From NCBI GenBank assembly GCA_041565075.1, contig JBFGOQ010000003.1:16394-80393 (forward strand): DNA of 64,000 nt, in the 5' to 3' direction. Below are positions 56,066 to 64,000 of this stretch, in pieces. The stretch comes from Gammaproteobacteria bacterium (GTDB lineage Bacteria; Pseudomonadota; Gammaproteobacteria; Steroidobacterales; JABDLF01). Below the pieces are notes generated by a model. The model ran no database searches and was not told where the DNA came from. It saw nothing but the letters and a program-made list of their open reading frames with translations. Every line of letters starts with the position of its first letter. The first letter of the stretch is position 1. The position numbers and the translations under genes are program-made.

Positions 56066-56310
56066 GAGGTGGGGGCCAGGCGGGCTTTGCCGGGCCCCGG
56101 CCTGATCGTGGGGTCGCTGGCGAATTTCTGAGCAGGCGGCTTATTCTCTAAAAATCAGCTGCTTACAGCTCGGGGTCGCGGCCGCGAAGGCCAGGGTCAC
56201 CGTTGCCGGTACCTGCGGCCGCAGGAAAAAGGTCACCTGTGCATAACGAACCGGGCAAAAGCGGAAGAAAATCGGTGGCTTACACGATTGGCTAGCTTTG
56301 GGCGACCCGC

Positions 56311-56559
56311 TCAGACAGGGTCGGGCACCACCCATGCCCGCTTGATCCGGTCGAGTCGCAGCCGGAGATCTCCTCCGCCTGCGGTCCGGGCATGCAGGAA
56401 TTCCTCACCCCGACAGGTTTCCAGGTCGAAGGGCGTCAGTGTCTCAAGATGATCCAGTCCCTGGTCGTCACGCCAGCTCACCTGCAAACGTTGCCGCAAT
56501 ACTATGGCACGCTCAAATTCGCCATAGGTCTGGCAGCCGACCGGCCTGTAGTCGCTCAT
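56311..56559 (-). CDS. rof: Rho-binding antiterminator Rof (YaeO family)
   Basis: YRPVGCQTYGEFERAI...DLRLRLDRI is colinear with E. coli Rof (YQPINCDDYDNLELAC...ELRLDKI) as remembered. 82 aa. ATGA overlap with the hemW stop. Confidence 0.7.
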   Translation of the reverse strand: MSDYRPVGCQTYGEFERAIVLRQRLQVSWRDDQGLDHLETLTPFDLETCRGEEFLHARTAGGGDLRLRLDRIKRAWVVPDPV

Positions 56560-57734
56560 GCCGATACCGCTGCCCGCTCGGCCGGCAGAAACAGAGCCTG
56601 CAAATCATTGAGGAAACGCCAGCCAAGGTCGGTGGCGCGCAAGCCATCAGCGTGCATCGCGAGCAAACCGCGGCGGCGCGCCTCGCGCGCTGCCGGCTCG
56701 AGGTCCGCCCAGGACAGCCCGGTCCTTGTTTCGAACAATTCTCGATCAACGCCATGCCGAAGCCGCAGCCCATTGAGCATAAATTCGAAAATCCGCTCCT
56801 CGTTCTGAACGTGTCGCCATTCGACAATACAGGCGTCCGTTCCCGCCTCGCGCATGTAACGGCCCGGGTGGGCGCGCCTGCGGCTGCGCACGATTGCGCC
56901 GCCTGCGTCAGTCAGCTTTTGATGGGCACCAGCGCCGATGCCCAGATAGTCGCCATAGCGCCAGTAATTCATGTTGTGCCGGCAACCCCTGCCGGCTCTT
57001 GCGAAAGCCGAAACCTCGTATTGCTGATAGCCGTGGGACTCGAGCAAGGCGCTGCCGACGTTCTGCATTTCCCACGCCGTTTCCTCGCCCGGCAGCTGTG
57101 GCGGGTGCCGGTAAAAGGCGGTGTTGGGCTCCAGCGCGAGCTGGTAAGCGGAAACATGTGCAGGCCCGAGAGCAAGGGCTTCGCGGAGGTCGTTCTCAGC
57201 GCCGGCTGTTTGTTGTCCGGGAAGCGCAAACATCAGGTCGATATTGAAATTTTCGATGCCGGCCGATACAAGTTCGTCCACCGCCCGTCGGGTGTCGTCC
57301 GGATCATGGATGCGTCCGAGCGCCTTCAGAATATCGGGGTCGAAGCTCTGAGCGCCCAGCGATATCCGGTTAATTCCGGCCTCGGCAAATGCCTTGAAAC
57401 TGTGCCTTTCGATGGTTCCGGGATTGGCCTCAAGCGAAATTTCTGCGCCGTGTTCCAGCAAGCCGGTTGCTTGCAAGCAGGCAAGCAACCGTCGGATTTC
57501 ACTGGCTGGAAAAAGACTCGGCGTGCCGCCGCCAAAAAAAACGGTTGAGATCCTGCGGCCGGGAGCATCCCGAAGAGCAAGTTTGAGGTCTTTGAGCAGA
57601 GCGTCGGTATAGCGCGTCGCCGGGAGTTCGCCGGCCAGCGCGTGAGAGTTGAAGTCGCAATAAGGGCACTTGCGCACGCACCATGGCAGGTGCACGTAAA
57701 GAGACAAAGGTATGGATGAACCGAGCTGTGACAT
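56556..57734 (-). CDS. hemW: Radical SAM heme chaperone HemW (YggW, HemN-like)
   Basis: LYVHLPWCVRKCPYCDFNS (CxxxCxxC), FFGGGTPSL and the HemN C-terminal domain. ATG at 57734 is preferred. A GTG at 57770 is also possible. Confidence 0.85.
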   Translation of the reverse strand: MSQLGSSIPLSLYVHLPWCVRKCPYCDFNSHALAGELPATRYTDALLKDLKLALRDAPGRRISTVFFGGGTPSLFPASEIRRLLACLQATGLLEHGAEISLEANPGTIERHSFKAFAEAGINRISLGAQSFDPDILKALGRIHDPDDTRRAVDELVSAGIENFNIDLMFALPGQQTAGAENDLREALALGPAHVSAYQLALEPNTAFYRHPPQLPGEETAWEMQNVGSALLESHGYQQYEVSAFARAGRGCRHNMNYWRYGDYLGIGAGAHQKLTDAGGAIVRSRRRAHPGRYMREAGTDACIVEWRHVQNEERIFEFMLNGLRLRHGVDRELFETRTGLSWADLEPAAREARRRGLLAMHADGLRATDLGWRFLNDLQALFLPAERAAVSA

Positions 57735-57770
57735 TGCCACAAGTGTACCGCTGCGCGGCCGCTGCGGCAC

Positions 57771-58361
57771 TCAGCGTGTCAGTGTGCGGCGCAGCTGGGC
57801 CAGGGCCTGGCCGCGATGACTGATCCGGTTTTTTTCGGCCGCCGCCAGCTGCGCAGAACTGACTTCGAGGCCATCGGGCTGAAACAGGGGGTCGTAACCG
57901 AATCCGCCGTCCCCGCGTGGTTCAGGCAGGATGCGTCCATTCCAGACACCCTGGAAAATATGCGGCGTAGGGTCCTGCCAATGCTGCAGCATGACCAGCA
58001 CGCAAAAAAATCGGGCGCTGCGACGTTCGGCTGGCACATCCTTCAGAGCCTGCAGCAACGCGCGGTTATTCTGGAGATCGTTCGCGCCCTGGCCGGCGTA
58101 GCGGGCCGAATAAATTCCCGGCGCGCCATGCAATGCATCGACTGCGAGACCCGAATCATCCGCGAGTGCCCCCAGACCGGTGTGCCGGCTGGCATTGCGG
58201 GCCTTTATCAGGGCGTTTTCCACAAAGGTCAGGCCTGTTTCCTCGACCCCGGGGACCTGCAATTCTCCTTGCGGCCTGATCACGATATCGAGGTCGGCCA
58301 GCAGCGCCTGCATTTCCCTGAGCTTCCCGGGATTACCGGTAGCCAGCACCATTTCCTGCAT
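57771..58361 (-). CDS. rdgB: dITP/XTP pyrophosphatase (non-canonical purine NTP pyrophosphatase)
   Basis: VLATGNPGKLREM, ADDSGL, GFGYDPLF and SHRGQA. Confidence 0.92.
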   Translation of the reverse strand: MQEMVLATGNPGKLREMQALLADLDIVIRPQGELQVPGVEETGLTFVENALIKARNASRHTGLGALADDSGLAVDALHGAPGIYSARYAGQGANDLQNNRALLQALKDVPAERRSARFFCVLVMLQHWQDPTPHIFQGVWNGRILPEPRGDGGFGYDPLFQPDGLEVSSAQLAAAEKNRISHRGQALAQLRRTLTR

Positions 58362-58363
58362 GT

Positions 58364-59083
58364 TCAGGTGTTCGCCAGGGAGGCGTTCTGCTTGCTCTGG
58401 ATAACACGGATTCCGGCGCCGGCAAGATCCAGCATGCTGTCCAGCTCATCGCGGCGAAAGGCGTGCCCCTCGGCGGTACCCTGCAACTCGATAAAGGCGC
58501 CGGCGTCGTTCATGACAACATTCATATCGGTCTCTGCTTCAAAGTCCTCCGCATAGTCCAGGTCCAAAACCGCCGCGCCCCGATACACGCCAACAGAAAC
58601 CGCCGCTACCTGTCCGTGCAATGGATTACTATTGAGTTTGCCATTTTCGAGCAGGGCAGCGCAGGCGTCGGCGAGCGCCACCCACGCTCCGGAAATCGCG
58701 GCGGTTCGGGTGCCACCATCGGCCTGCAGCACGTCGCAGTCGAGTGTAATGGTGCATTCGCCAAGTGCTTCGAGATCCGTGACCGCGCGCAGTGAGCGTC
58801 CGATCAGGCGCTGGATTTCCAGGGTGCGTCCGCCCTGTTTGCCGAGCTTGGCCTCGCGCCCGCTGCGGGTATGTGTGGCGCGCGGCAGCATGCCATATTC
58901 AGCGGTAACCCAGCCCTTGCCGCTGCCGCGCAAGAACCCGGGAACCCTCGGTTCGAAACTTGCGGTGCACAGCACGCGAGTGTCACCAAAAACGCTCAGG
59001 ACCGAGCCTTCGGCGTGGCGGGTAAACCCACGCTGGAAGCTGACCGGGCGCAACTCGTCAGCGGTGCGTCCGCTAGGTCGCAT
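58364..59083 (-). CDS. rph: Ribonuclease PH
   Basis: [48 protein letters not shown] and [13 protein letters not shown]. 239 aa from the ATG at 59083. Confidence 0.95.
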   Translation of the reverse strand: MRPSGRTADELRPVSFQRGFTRHAEGSVLSVFGDTRVLCTASFEPRVPGFLRGSGKGWVTAEYGMLPRATHTRSGREAKLGKQGGRTLEIQRLIGRSLRAVTDLEALGECTITLDCDVLQADGGTRTAAISGAWVALADACAALLENGKLNSNPLHGQVAAVSVGVYRGAAVLDLDYAEDFEAETDMNVVMNDAGAFIELQGTAEGHAFRRDELDSMLDLAGAGIRVIQSKQNASLANT

Positions 59084-59110
59084 TGGCATTCTCTCCTGGC
59101 AAAGTACCAA

Positions 59111-59878
59111 TCATTCCGCGGGTGGCGTTGCGTTAGTCTCTTGCCACACCACCGCCGCAGCCGTCGTATTGTCTGCATTGGGAAATGTCGCGGCGGTGGC
59201 CAGATCGCAGAGCTCGCGCAACTTACGGGTGATCGGAATCTCGTCGGCATGGACATAGCGGGCGAGCTCCCCATCCTCCAGCCCCCCCCACAAGCCGTCC
59301 GTGCACAAGAGAACGACGTCACCGGGTTTGAGTACCTGGTTTCTGGTCACGTTCATTTCCGGCAATTCGCTGCCGCCGCCGAGACATGACTCGACGAAAT
59401 TCCGCAGCGGATGATGGGCAATTTCACCTTCCGTAATAAGTCCTTCCTGCAGCAATATTTCGACATGGCTGTGATCGCGCGTGCGATCGACGACTTCGCC
59501 ATCGCGAATAAGGTAAACACGGCTGTCGCCCACATGCGCCCAATGAACCTTGGCGTCCTGGAGCAAGGCCAGGGCGATGGTTGTGCGCGGCATCAGCTCT
59601 ATTGGCAGATGAGCACCGAGGTTGTTTACCGAGTTATTGGACTCGTGGACCATGTGTTGCAGGAATCCGGCAGGATCAGGCACCGGGTGTGGCACGTCAT
59701 GGAATGTCTTCAGGCAGGACTCGATGGCGACTTCGGCAGCCTGAGCGCCATCGGCGTGCCCCCCCATGCCATCGGCCACAATGGCCAGAAATGAATGCTC
59801 GTCACCGGAAACGCTGACCCGATCCTGGTTGTCCTCACGATCGCCTGTGAGGCTGATCTGTCCAGAGTTCCACTTCAA
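59111..59878 (-). CDS. PP2C-family (PPM) serine/threonine protein phosphatase
   Basis: PPM motifs REDNQD, IVADGMGGHADG, VGDSRVY, LLCTDGLW and DNTTAAAV. TTG start at 59878 with AGGTG 5 nt upstream. No in-frame ATG or GTG occurs between the ORF's first codon (60001) and the catalytic domain. The ORF extension to 60001 lies in the yicC promoter region. Confidence 0.8.
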   Translation of the reverse strand: MKWNSGQISLTGDREDNQDRVSVSGDEHSFLAIVADGMGGHADGAQAAEVAIESCLKTFHDVPHPVPDPAGFLQHMVHESNNSVNNLGAHLPIELMPRTTIALALLQDAKVHWAHVGDSRVYLIRDGEVVDRTRDHSHVEILLQEGLITEGEIAHHPLRNFVESCLGGGSELPEMNVTRNQVLKPGDVVLLCTDGLWGGLEDGELARYVHADEIPITRKLRELCDLATAATFPNADNTTAAAVVWQETNATPPAE

Positions 59879-60018
59879 ACCCGCACCTGTTGCTTCTGCT
59901 AGAATGTTGTTTTGTCGCTCAGTATATGCTGCAACCCTGTTGCAGGCATAGCGGCAAAGCAAGGTTCGATATTTGCGGCGCCCTGCCGCCGGGTATAACA
60001 AGCGGAACTCCTGCGCGC

Positions 60019-60885
60019 ATGATCAACAGCATGACGGGCTTTGCCCGTAAGGAAATGACGGGTGACTGGGGAACGTTGGCCTGGGAAATCAGGTCGGTCA
60101 ATCACCGCTATCTCGAGCTTTTCTTTCGCTTGCCTGAGGAGGCCAGGCCGCTCGAAGGTGCGCTGCGCGAGGTTGTGGCACGCCACGTAAGTCGCGGCAA
60201 ACTCGAATGCACATTGCGGCTCGACAAGAGTCATCGTGTGGGTGCGCCGTTTCGAATAAACGAAGCCTTGCTCGAGCATGTCATTGCACAATGCAGTCAG
60301 GTCGCTGGCAGGCTCGGGAAAGCGCGTAAATTGAGCCCGGTAGAAATATTGCGCTGGCCTGGTGTCACTGAGGAAGTACAGAGCGATCCTGCTTCCATGC
60401 ACTCGGCCGCGGTGGACTTGCTGGATGCGGCTTTGTTGTCGCTGAATGCCGCACGTAGTCGCGAGGGTGAAAGAATAACGGACATGATTTGCCAGCGTTG
60501 CGAATCTTTGCAGGTGCTGGTGGTTGCGGTTCGCAAGCGATTGCCTGATGTCAGGGAACGATTACGCAGCAAGTTGACCGAGCGGCTGGGAAAAATTGAC
60601 GTGCAGACAGACCCGGCGCGCTTCGAGCAGGAACTCGTATTGCTGCTGCAGAAAATGGACGTGGACGAAGAGCTGGACAGACTGGAGAGTCATTTGCAGG
60701 AAGCGCTGGCAGTCATGCGTCGCGATGAGCCGGTAGGGCGCCGGCTTGATTTTCTAATGCAGGAATTTAATCGCGAGGCAAATACGCTGGCTTCGAAATC
60801 GCAGGACACGGAGACCACCCGAGCCGCCGTTGAAATGAAAGTATTGATCGAACAGATGCGCGAGCAGGTGCAAAACGTTGAGTAG
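60019..60885 (+). CDS. yicC: YicC-family stress-induced protein (endoribonuclease-type)
   Basis: MINSMTGFARKE...SVNHRYLE and C-terminal GRRLDFLMQEFNREANTLASKS match E. coli YicC as remembered. 288 aa. Confidence 0.9.
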   Translation: MINSMTGFARKEMTGDWGTLAWEIRSVNHRYLELFFRLPEEARPLEGALREVVARHVSRGKLECTLRLDKSHRVGAPFRINEALLEHVIAQCSQVAGRLGKARKLSPVEILRWPGVTEEVQSDPASMHSAAVDLLDAALLSLNAARSREGERITDMICQRCESLQVLVVAVRKRLPDVRERLRSKLTERLGKIDVQTDPARFEQELVLLLQKMDVDEELDRLESHLQEALAVMRRDEPVGRRLDFLMQEFNREANTLASKSQDTETTRAAVEMKVLIEQMREQVQNVE

Positions 60886-61510
60886 CAACAACAATAAAAA
60901 GCGCGGAAAACTGTTTGTGATGGCAGCGCCTTCCGGCGCCGGCAAGACCAGCCTCGCCAACGCTTTGGTTGATTGCGAGCGCAATTTGCGCTTCTCGGTG
61001 TCCCATACCACCAGGCCAGCGCGCACTGGCGAGGTGCATGGCGAGGACTATTTTTTCGTCAACCACGAGACCTTTCGGGAGATGGTCGATAGCGGCGGTT
61101 TTCTCGAGCATGCCGAGGTCTTTGACAATCTCTATGGCACCAGTCGGGAGGCAGTTGAACGATTGTTACAGCAGGGCTTAGATGTGGTGCTGGAAATAGA
61201 CTGGCAGGGTGCGGCCCAGGTGCGTCGCGCAATGCCGGAGAGCAGGTCGATTTTTATCCTGCCGCCGACCCGCAGGGAACTGGAGCGGCGCTTGCGCCAT
61301 CGCGCCACCGACAGCGAAGCAGTTATTCAGCGACGACTGCGGGATTCCATCAGCGACATGCGCCATTGGGCGGAATTTGATTATGTCGTGGTCAACGATG
61401 ATTTTGAGCGGGCGCTGACAGAAATCCGCGACATTGTGCATCTGCGGGGCGAGGCCACCCGCTCGGACCGGCCCGGTTTGTCGGATATCGTGGACGAACT
61501 TCTGGATTAG
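60878..61510 (+). CDS. gmk: Guanylate kinase
   Basis: APSGAGKTSL P-loop, SHTTRPAR.GE..G.DYFF and LEIDWQGA. TTG start overlaps the yicC stop. Confidence 0.93.
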   Translation: MSSNNNKKRGKLFVMAAPSGAGKTSLANALVDCERNLRFSVSHTTRPARTGEVHGEDYFFVNHETFREMVDSGGFLEHAEVFDNLYGTSREAVERLLQQGLDVVLEIDWQGAAQVRRAMPESRSIFILPPTRRELERRLRHRATDSEAVIQRRLRDSISDMRHWAEFDYVVVNDDFERALTEIRDIVHLRGEATRSDRPGLSDIVDELLD

Positions 61511-61571
61511 GCCGCCTGACCTGGCTTAAACTGTTGGTTTGCCCCGGACATATTGGAACTGAGAGAAAATC

Positions 61572-61844
61572 ATGGCGCGAATTACGATTGAGGACTGCCT
61601 GGAGCAGATTGAGAATCCGTTCGAACTGGTGCTGGTAGCGGCCAAGCGCTCGCGTCGCCTGGCCAATGGCGCCGACGCCATGGTCGATCTCGAGAACGAC
61701 AAGCCAACTGTACTGGCGCTGCGTGAAATTGCCGAAGGACTTGTTACCCGCGATATTCTGACCGAGAAAGAGATCGTTCAAGAGGAAGAAATCGATGAAG
61801 CCATGTCGGTTCCCGACATGACTGCCGCGATGCTCAGGGAATAA
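61572..61844 (+). CDS. rpoZ: DNA-directed RNA polymerase subunit omega
   Basis: MARITIEDCLEQIENPFELVLVAAKRSRRL is the canonical RpoZ N-terminus. Confidence 0.95.
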   Translation: MARITIEDCLEQIENPFELVLVAAKRSRRLANGADAMVDLENDKPTVLALREIAEGLVTRDILTEKEIVQEEEIDEAMSVPDMTAAMLRE

Positions 61845-61875
61845 GCCGCCCGCCTGACCTCGCCCACAACCCGCT

Positions 61876-64000
61876 ATGGACTACGCCGCTTCTTTTCTTG
61901 GCCGACTACCCAAAGGGAAGCGCTCAACCGGCATAGACGGGCTGCGTTCCATGTTGTCCAAATACATGCCGCCCGAGGCGGTGGCAGAAGTCAGTCGTGC
62001 TTATGAATTTGGTGCGCAGGCCCACGAGGGCCAGAAGCGCATGTCAGGCGAGCCGTTCATTTCGCACCCGGTGGCAGTCGCCAGTATCCTCGCTGATCTG
62101 CATCTCGACCAGGACACAATGGTTGCAGCGCTGCTGCACGACGTTATCGAAGACACCCCCACCGCCAAGGAACAGCTGGTCAAACGATTTGGCCAGGACG
62201 TGGCTGAACTGGTAGACGGCGTTAGCAAACTGGACCAGTTGAAGTTCGACAGCAAGGAAGAAGCGCAGGCCGAGAGCTTCCGCAAGATGATGCTGGCCAT
62301 GGTGCAGGATATTCGCGTCATCATGGTCAAGCTCGCGGACCGGCTGCACAATATGCGCACGCTAGGCGTAATGCCGCCCAAAAAACGCCGGCGCATCGCG
62401 CGTGAAACCCTGGAAATCTACGCGCCCATCGCACACCGCCTGGGTATCAATACGATTCGTCTCGAACTCGAGGACCTCGGCTTTGCCGCGCTCTATCCAA
62501 GGCGCTACCGGGTGCTGGAAAGGGCGTTGAAAAAATCCATCGGCAACCAGCGCCGGATGATGAAAAAGATCGGCGAACAACTGACCGGCGCACTGCAGCG
62601 CGAGTCGATTACGGCCGAGGTCGAAGGGCGGGAGAAACATCTCTACAGTATTTATCGCAAGATGCGTCGCAAAGGTCTGGCGCTAAGCGAGATTCTGGAC
62701 ATGTTCGGGTTTCGGATTGTGGTCGAAGAACCCTGGCAGTGCTACCAGGCGCTTGGCATCGTGCACGCCCAGTACAAACCGATGCCAGGCAGGTTCAAGG
62801 ACTTTATTGCCATCCCCAGAGTCAATGGTTACCAGTCATTGCATACGACCCTTTTCGGCCCCAACGGCCTGCCGATCGAGGTTCAGATCAGGACGCGGGA
62901 TATGGATCGCGTGGCGGAGTCCGGAATCGCCGCGCACTGGCGTTACAAATCGGGAGACCATGCCAGCGCCGGCCCACAGGAACGCGCCCGGGAATGGTTT
63001 CAGGGACTCATGGAAATGGAGGGTAAGGCGACTTCCGAGGAGTTCATGGAGAGCGTCAAGGTCGACCTGTTTCCGGATAAAGCCTATGTATTTACGCCTC
63101 GCGGCGATATCAAGCGCCTGCCGCGCGGTGCTACTTGCGTGGATTTTGCATACGCTGTGCATACAGATGTCGGCAATCGCTGCGTCGCGGCCAAGATCGA
63201 CCGCCGCCCGGTGCCATTGAGAACGCAGCTGGAAAGCGGGCAATCCGTCGAGATCATCACTGCCCGCAATGCCCGCCCGAATCCGGCCTGGGTTAATTTT
63301 GTCGTTACCGCCAAGGCACGCGCCAGCATCCGCTCCTATCTCAAGAATCTGCGTCGTTCCGAGGCAATAGACTTTGGCAAGAAGCTGCTGGAGCGGGCGC
63401 TCAGTGAGTTTAAGATCCGCTTGCGCAAGATTTCCCGCGAGCGGATGGAAGCTGTGTTGTCTGAGTTTGGGCTCGACAGTGCCGACGACCTGTATCAGCA
63501 AGTAGGTCTAGGACAACGCCTGGCCCCGTTCGTGGCGCGCAGACTGATGCCGGATGCGCCGGCTGAGGTGCACGAAGAAAAGCCGTTATCGATTACGGGG
63601 ACCGAGGGCCTGGTAGTATCCTACGCCCGTTGCTGCTACCCGGCACCGGGGGACACCATAATGGGCTACCTGAGCGCCGGTCGGGGAGTCGTCATTCACC
63701 GTGACAAGTGCGGCAATCTGGCGGAGTTTCGCAAGCAGCCTGACAAGTGGATCGCGGTGGAATGGAACAAAGATATCGACGAGGAGTTCAGCGTCGAAAT
63801 CAACGTCGAGGCACGCAACCAACTGGGCGTGCTGGCCGCGGTCGCGGCGAATATTGCCAGCACCGAGTCCAACATTGATCATGTCGCGGTGGTGGACCGT
63901 GATGGTGATACCTCATCGTTGACTTTCCGGCTGCGCGTTACAGATGTGCAGCACCTGGAACGCGTCATGCGCAGCATCGGCAGCATGCCGGCAGTGCTGG
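61876..64000 (+). CDS. spoT: Bifunctional (p)ppGpp synthetase/hydrolase SpoT (3' end runs off the window)
   Basis: Open frame from the ATG at 61876 to the window edge. It is absent from the ORF track because there is no stop. HD hydrolase motifs GEPFISHPVAVA and LLHDVIEDT. Synthetase region YKPMPGRFKDFIAIPRVNGYQSLHT and DRVAESGIAAHWRYK. TGS and ACT regions are also present. Position after rpoZ. Confidence 0.9.
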   Translation, partial: MDYAASFLGRLPKGKRSTGIDGLRSMLSKYMPPEAVAEVSRAYEFGAQAHEGQKRMSGEPFISHPVAVASILADLHLDQDTMVAALLHDVIEDTPTAKEQLVKRFGQDVAELVDGVSKLDQLKFDSKEEAQAESFRKMMLAMVQDIRVIMVKLADRLHNMRTLGVMPPKKRRRIARETLEIYAPIAHRLGINTIRLELEDLGFAALYPRRYRVLERALKKSIGNQRRMMKKIGEQLTGALQRESITAEVEGREKHLYSIYRKMRRKGLALSEILDMFGFRIVVEEPWQCYQALGIVHAQYKPMPGRFKDFIAIPRVNGYQSLHTTLFGPNGLPIEVQIRTRDMDRVAESGIAAHWRYKSGDHASAGPQERAREWFQGLMEMEGKATSEEFMESVKVDLFPDKAYVFTPRGDIKRLPRGATCVDFAYAVHTDVGNRCVAAKIDRRPVPLRTQLESGQSVEIITARNARPNPAWVNFVVTAKARASIRSYLKNLRRSEAIDFGKKLLERALSEFKIRLRKISRERMEAVLSEFGLDSADDLYQQVGLGQRLAPFVARRLMPDAPAEVHEEKPLSITGTEGLVVSYARCCYPAPGDTIMGYLSAGRGVVIHRDKCGNLAEFRKQPDKWIAVEWNKDIDEEFSVEINVEARNQLGVLAAVAANIASTESNIDHVAVVDRDGDTSSLTFRLRVTDVQHLERVMRSIGSMPAVL

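Noticed and set aside
56170-56226. Two GC palindromes containing GCGGCCGC (TCGCGGCCGCGA and CCTGCGGCCGCAGG) downstream of rof
   Set aside because: I considered them as the rof terminator, but neither is followed by a T-tract on the minus strand. They may be Rho-dependent or structural. There is not enough evidence to call a feature.
55827-56310. The DnaA-box cluster interpreted as the chromosomal origin oriC
   Set aside because: I could see only three boxes, with no AT-rich 13-mer-type unwinding element and no further boxes nearby. Neighbouring genes are not dnaA, gidA, rpmH or mioC. A regulatory, DARS-like or datA-like role is more plausible.
1-64000. Search for CRISPR repeats, tRNA/rRNA/tmRNA/SRP/6S genes, IS elements, integrases, toxin-antitoxin pairs and defence islands
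   Set aside because: I recognised none by eye. The intergenic spacers longer than 100 bp are 3652-3799, 16089-16442, 22239-22368, 23825-24120, 30875-31013, 34964-35181, 50444-50874, 55294-55616 and 55827-56310. None shows the conserved cores of these RNAs or regularly spaced direct repeats. A covariance-model scan (Rfam, tRNAscan) would be needed to be certain.

Overview
GC-rich chromosome segment (about 60% GC by eye, not computed). Gene content and order look gammaproteobacterial, and the window is almost entirely core or housekeeping. I found no rRNA, tRNA, CRISPR array, integrase, transposase or phage genes.

About 60 protein genes are supportable:
- 5'-truncated ABC ATPase plus ABC-2 permease
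- CPA2 K+/H+ antiporter, cbpA, LemA plus M48 peptidase, M14 peptidase, ygiM-like SH3 protein
- TlpA-like lipoprotein, DksA/TraR zinc finger, Na/Pi transporter
- tight yihG-ycgN-nitroreductase operon
- L,D-transpeptidase convergent with an Lpp/OprI-like lipoprotein
- TMEM175-like channel, ICMT-like methyltransferase, pirin, 1089-aa BNR-repeat protein, yeaQ
- UDG-family gene plus lipoprotein, 2-hydroxyacid dehydrogenase, photolyase, Nudix
- ybbP-ybbA/tesA
- lipid block: fadD, GST, patatin, phasin-like, WS/DGAT
- long minus-strand array: DUF445, hemE, pyrF, dgt, aroB, aroK, Ig-like lipoprotein, pilQPONM, divergent from mrcA
- gltA, rpmE, rof, hemW, rdgB, rph, PP2C phosphatase, yicC, gmk, rpoZ, and spoT (3' end cut by the window)

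Nothing here is an obvious new defence or mobile system. The best candidates for a second look are:
1. A Big_1-repeat lipoprotein gene sitting between pilQ and aroK, with a terminator after it.
2. A WS/DGAT, phasin-like, patatin neutral-lipid module with a perfect 20-bp palindrome in the phasin leader.
3. An inverted pair of perfect DnaA boxes plus a third near-box between rof and rpmE.
4. The yihG-ycgN-IYD-like flavoprotein operon.
5. An orphan PP2C phosphatase between rph and yicC.

All functional calls rest on motifs read from the supplied translations and on remembered family signatures. No database search was run.
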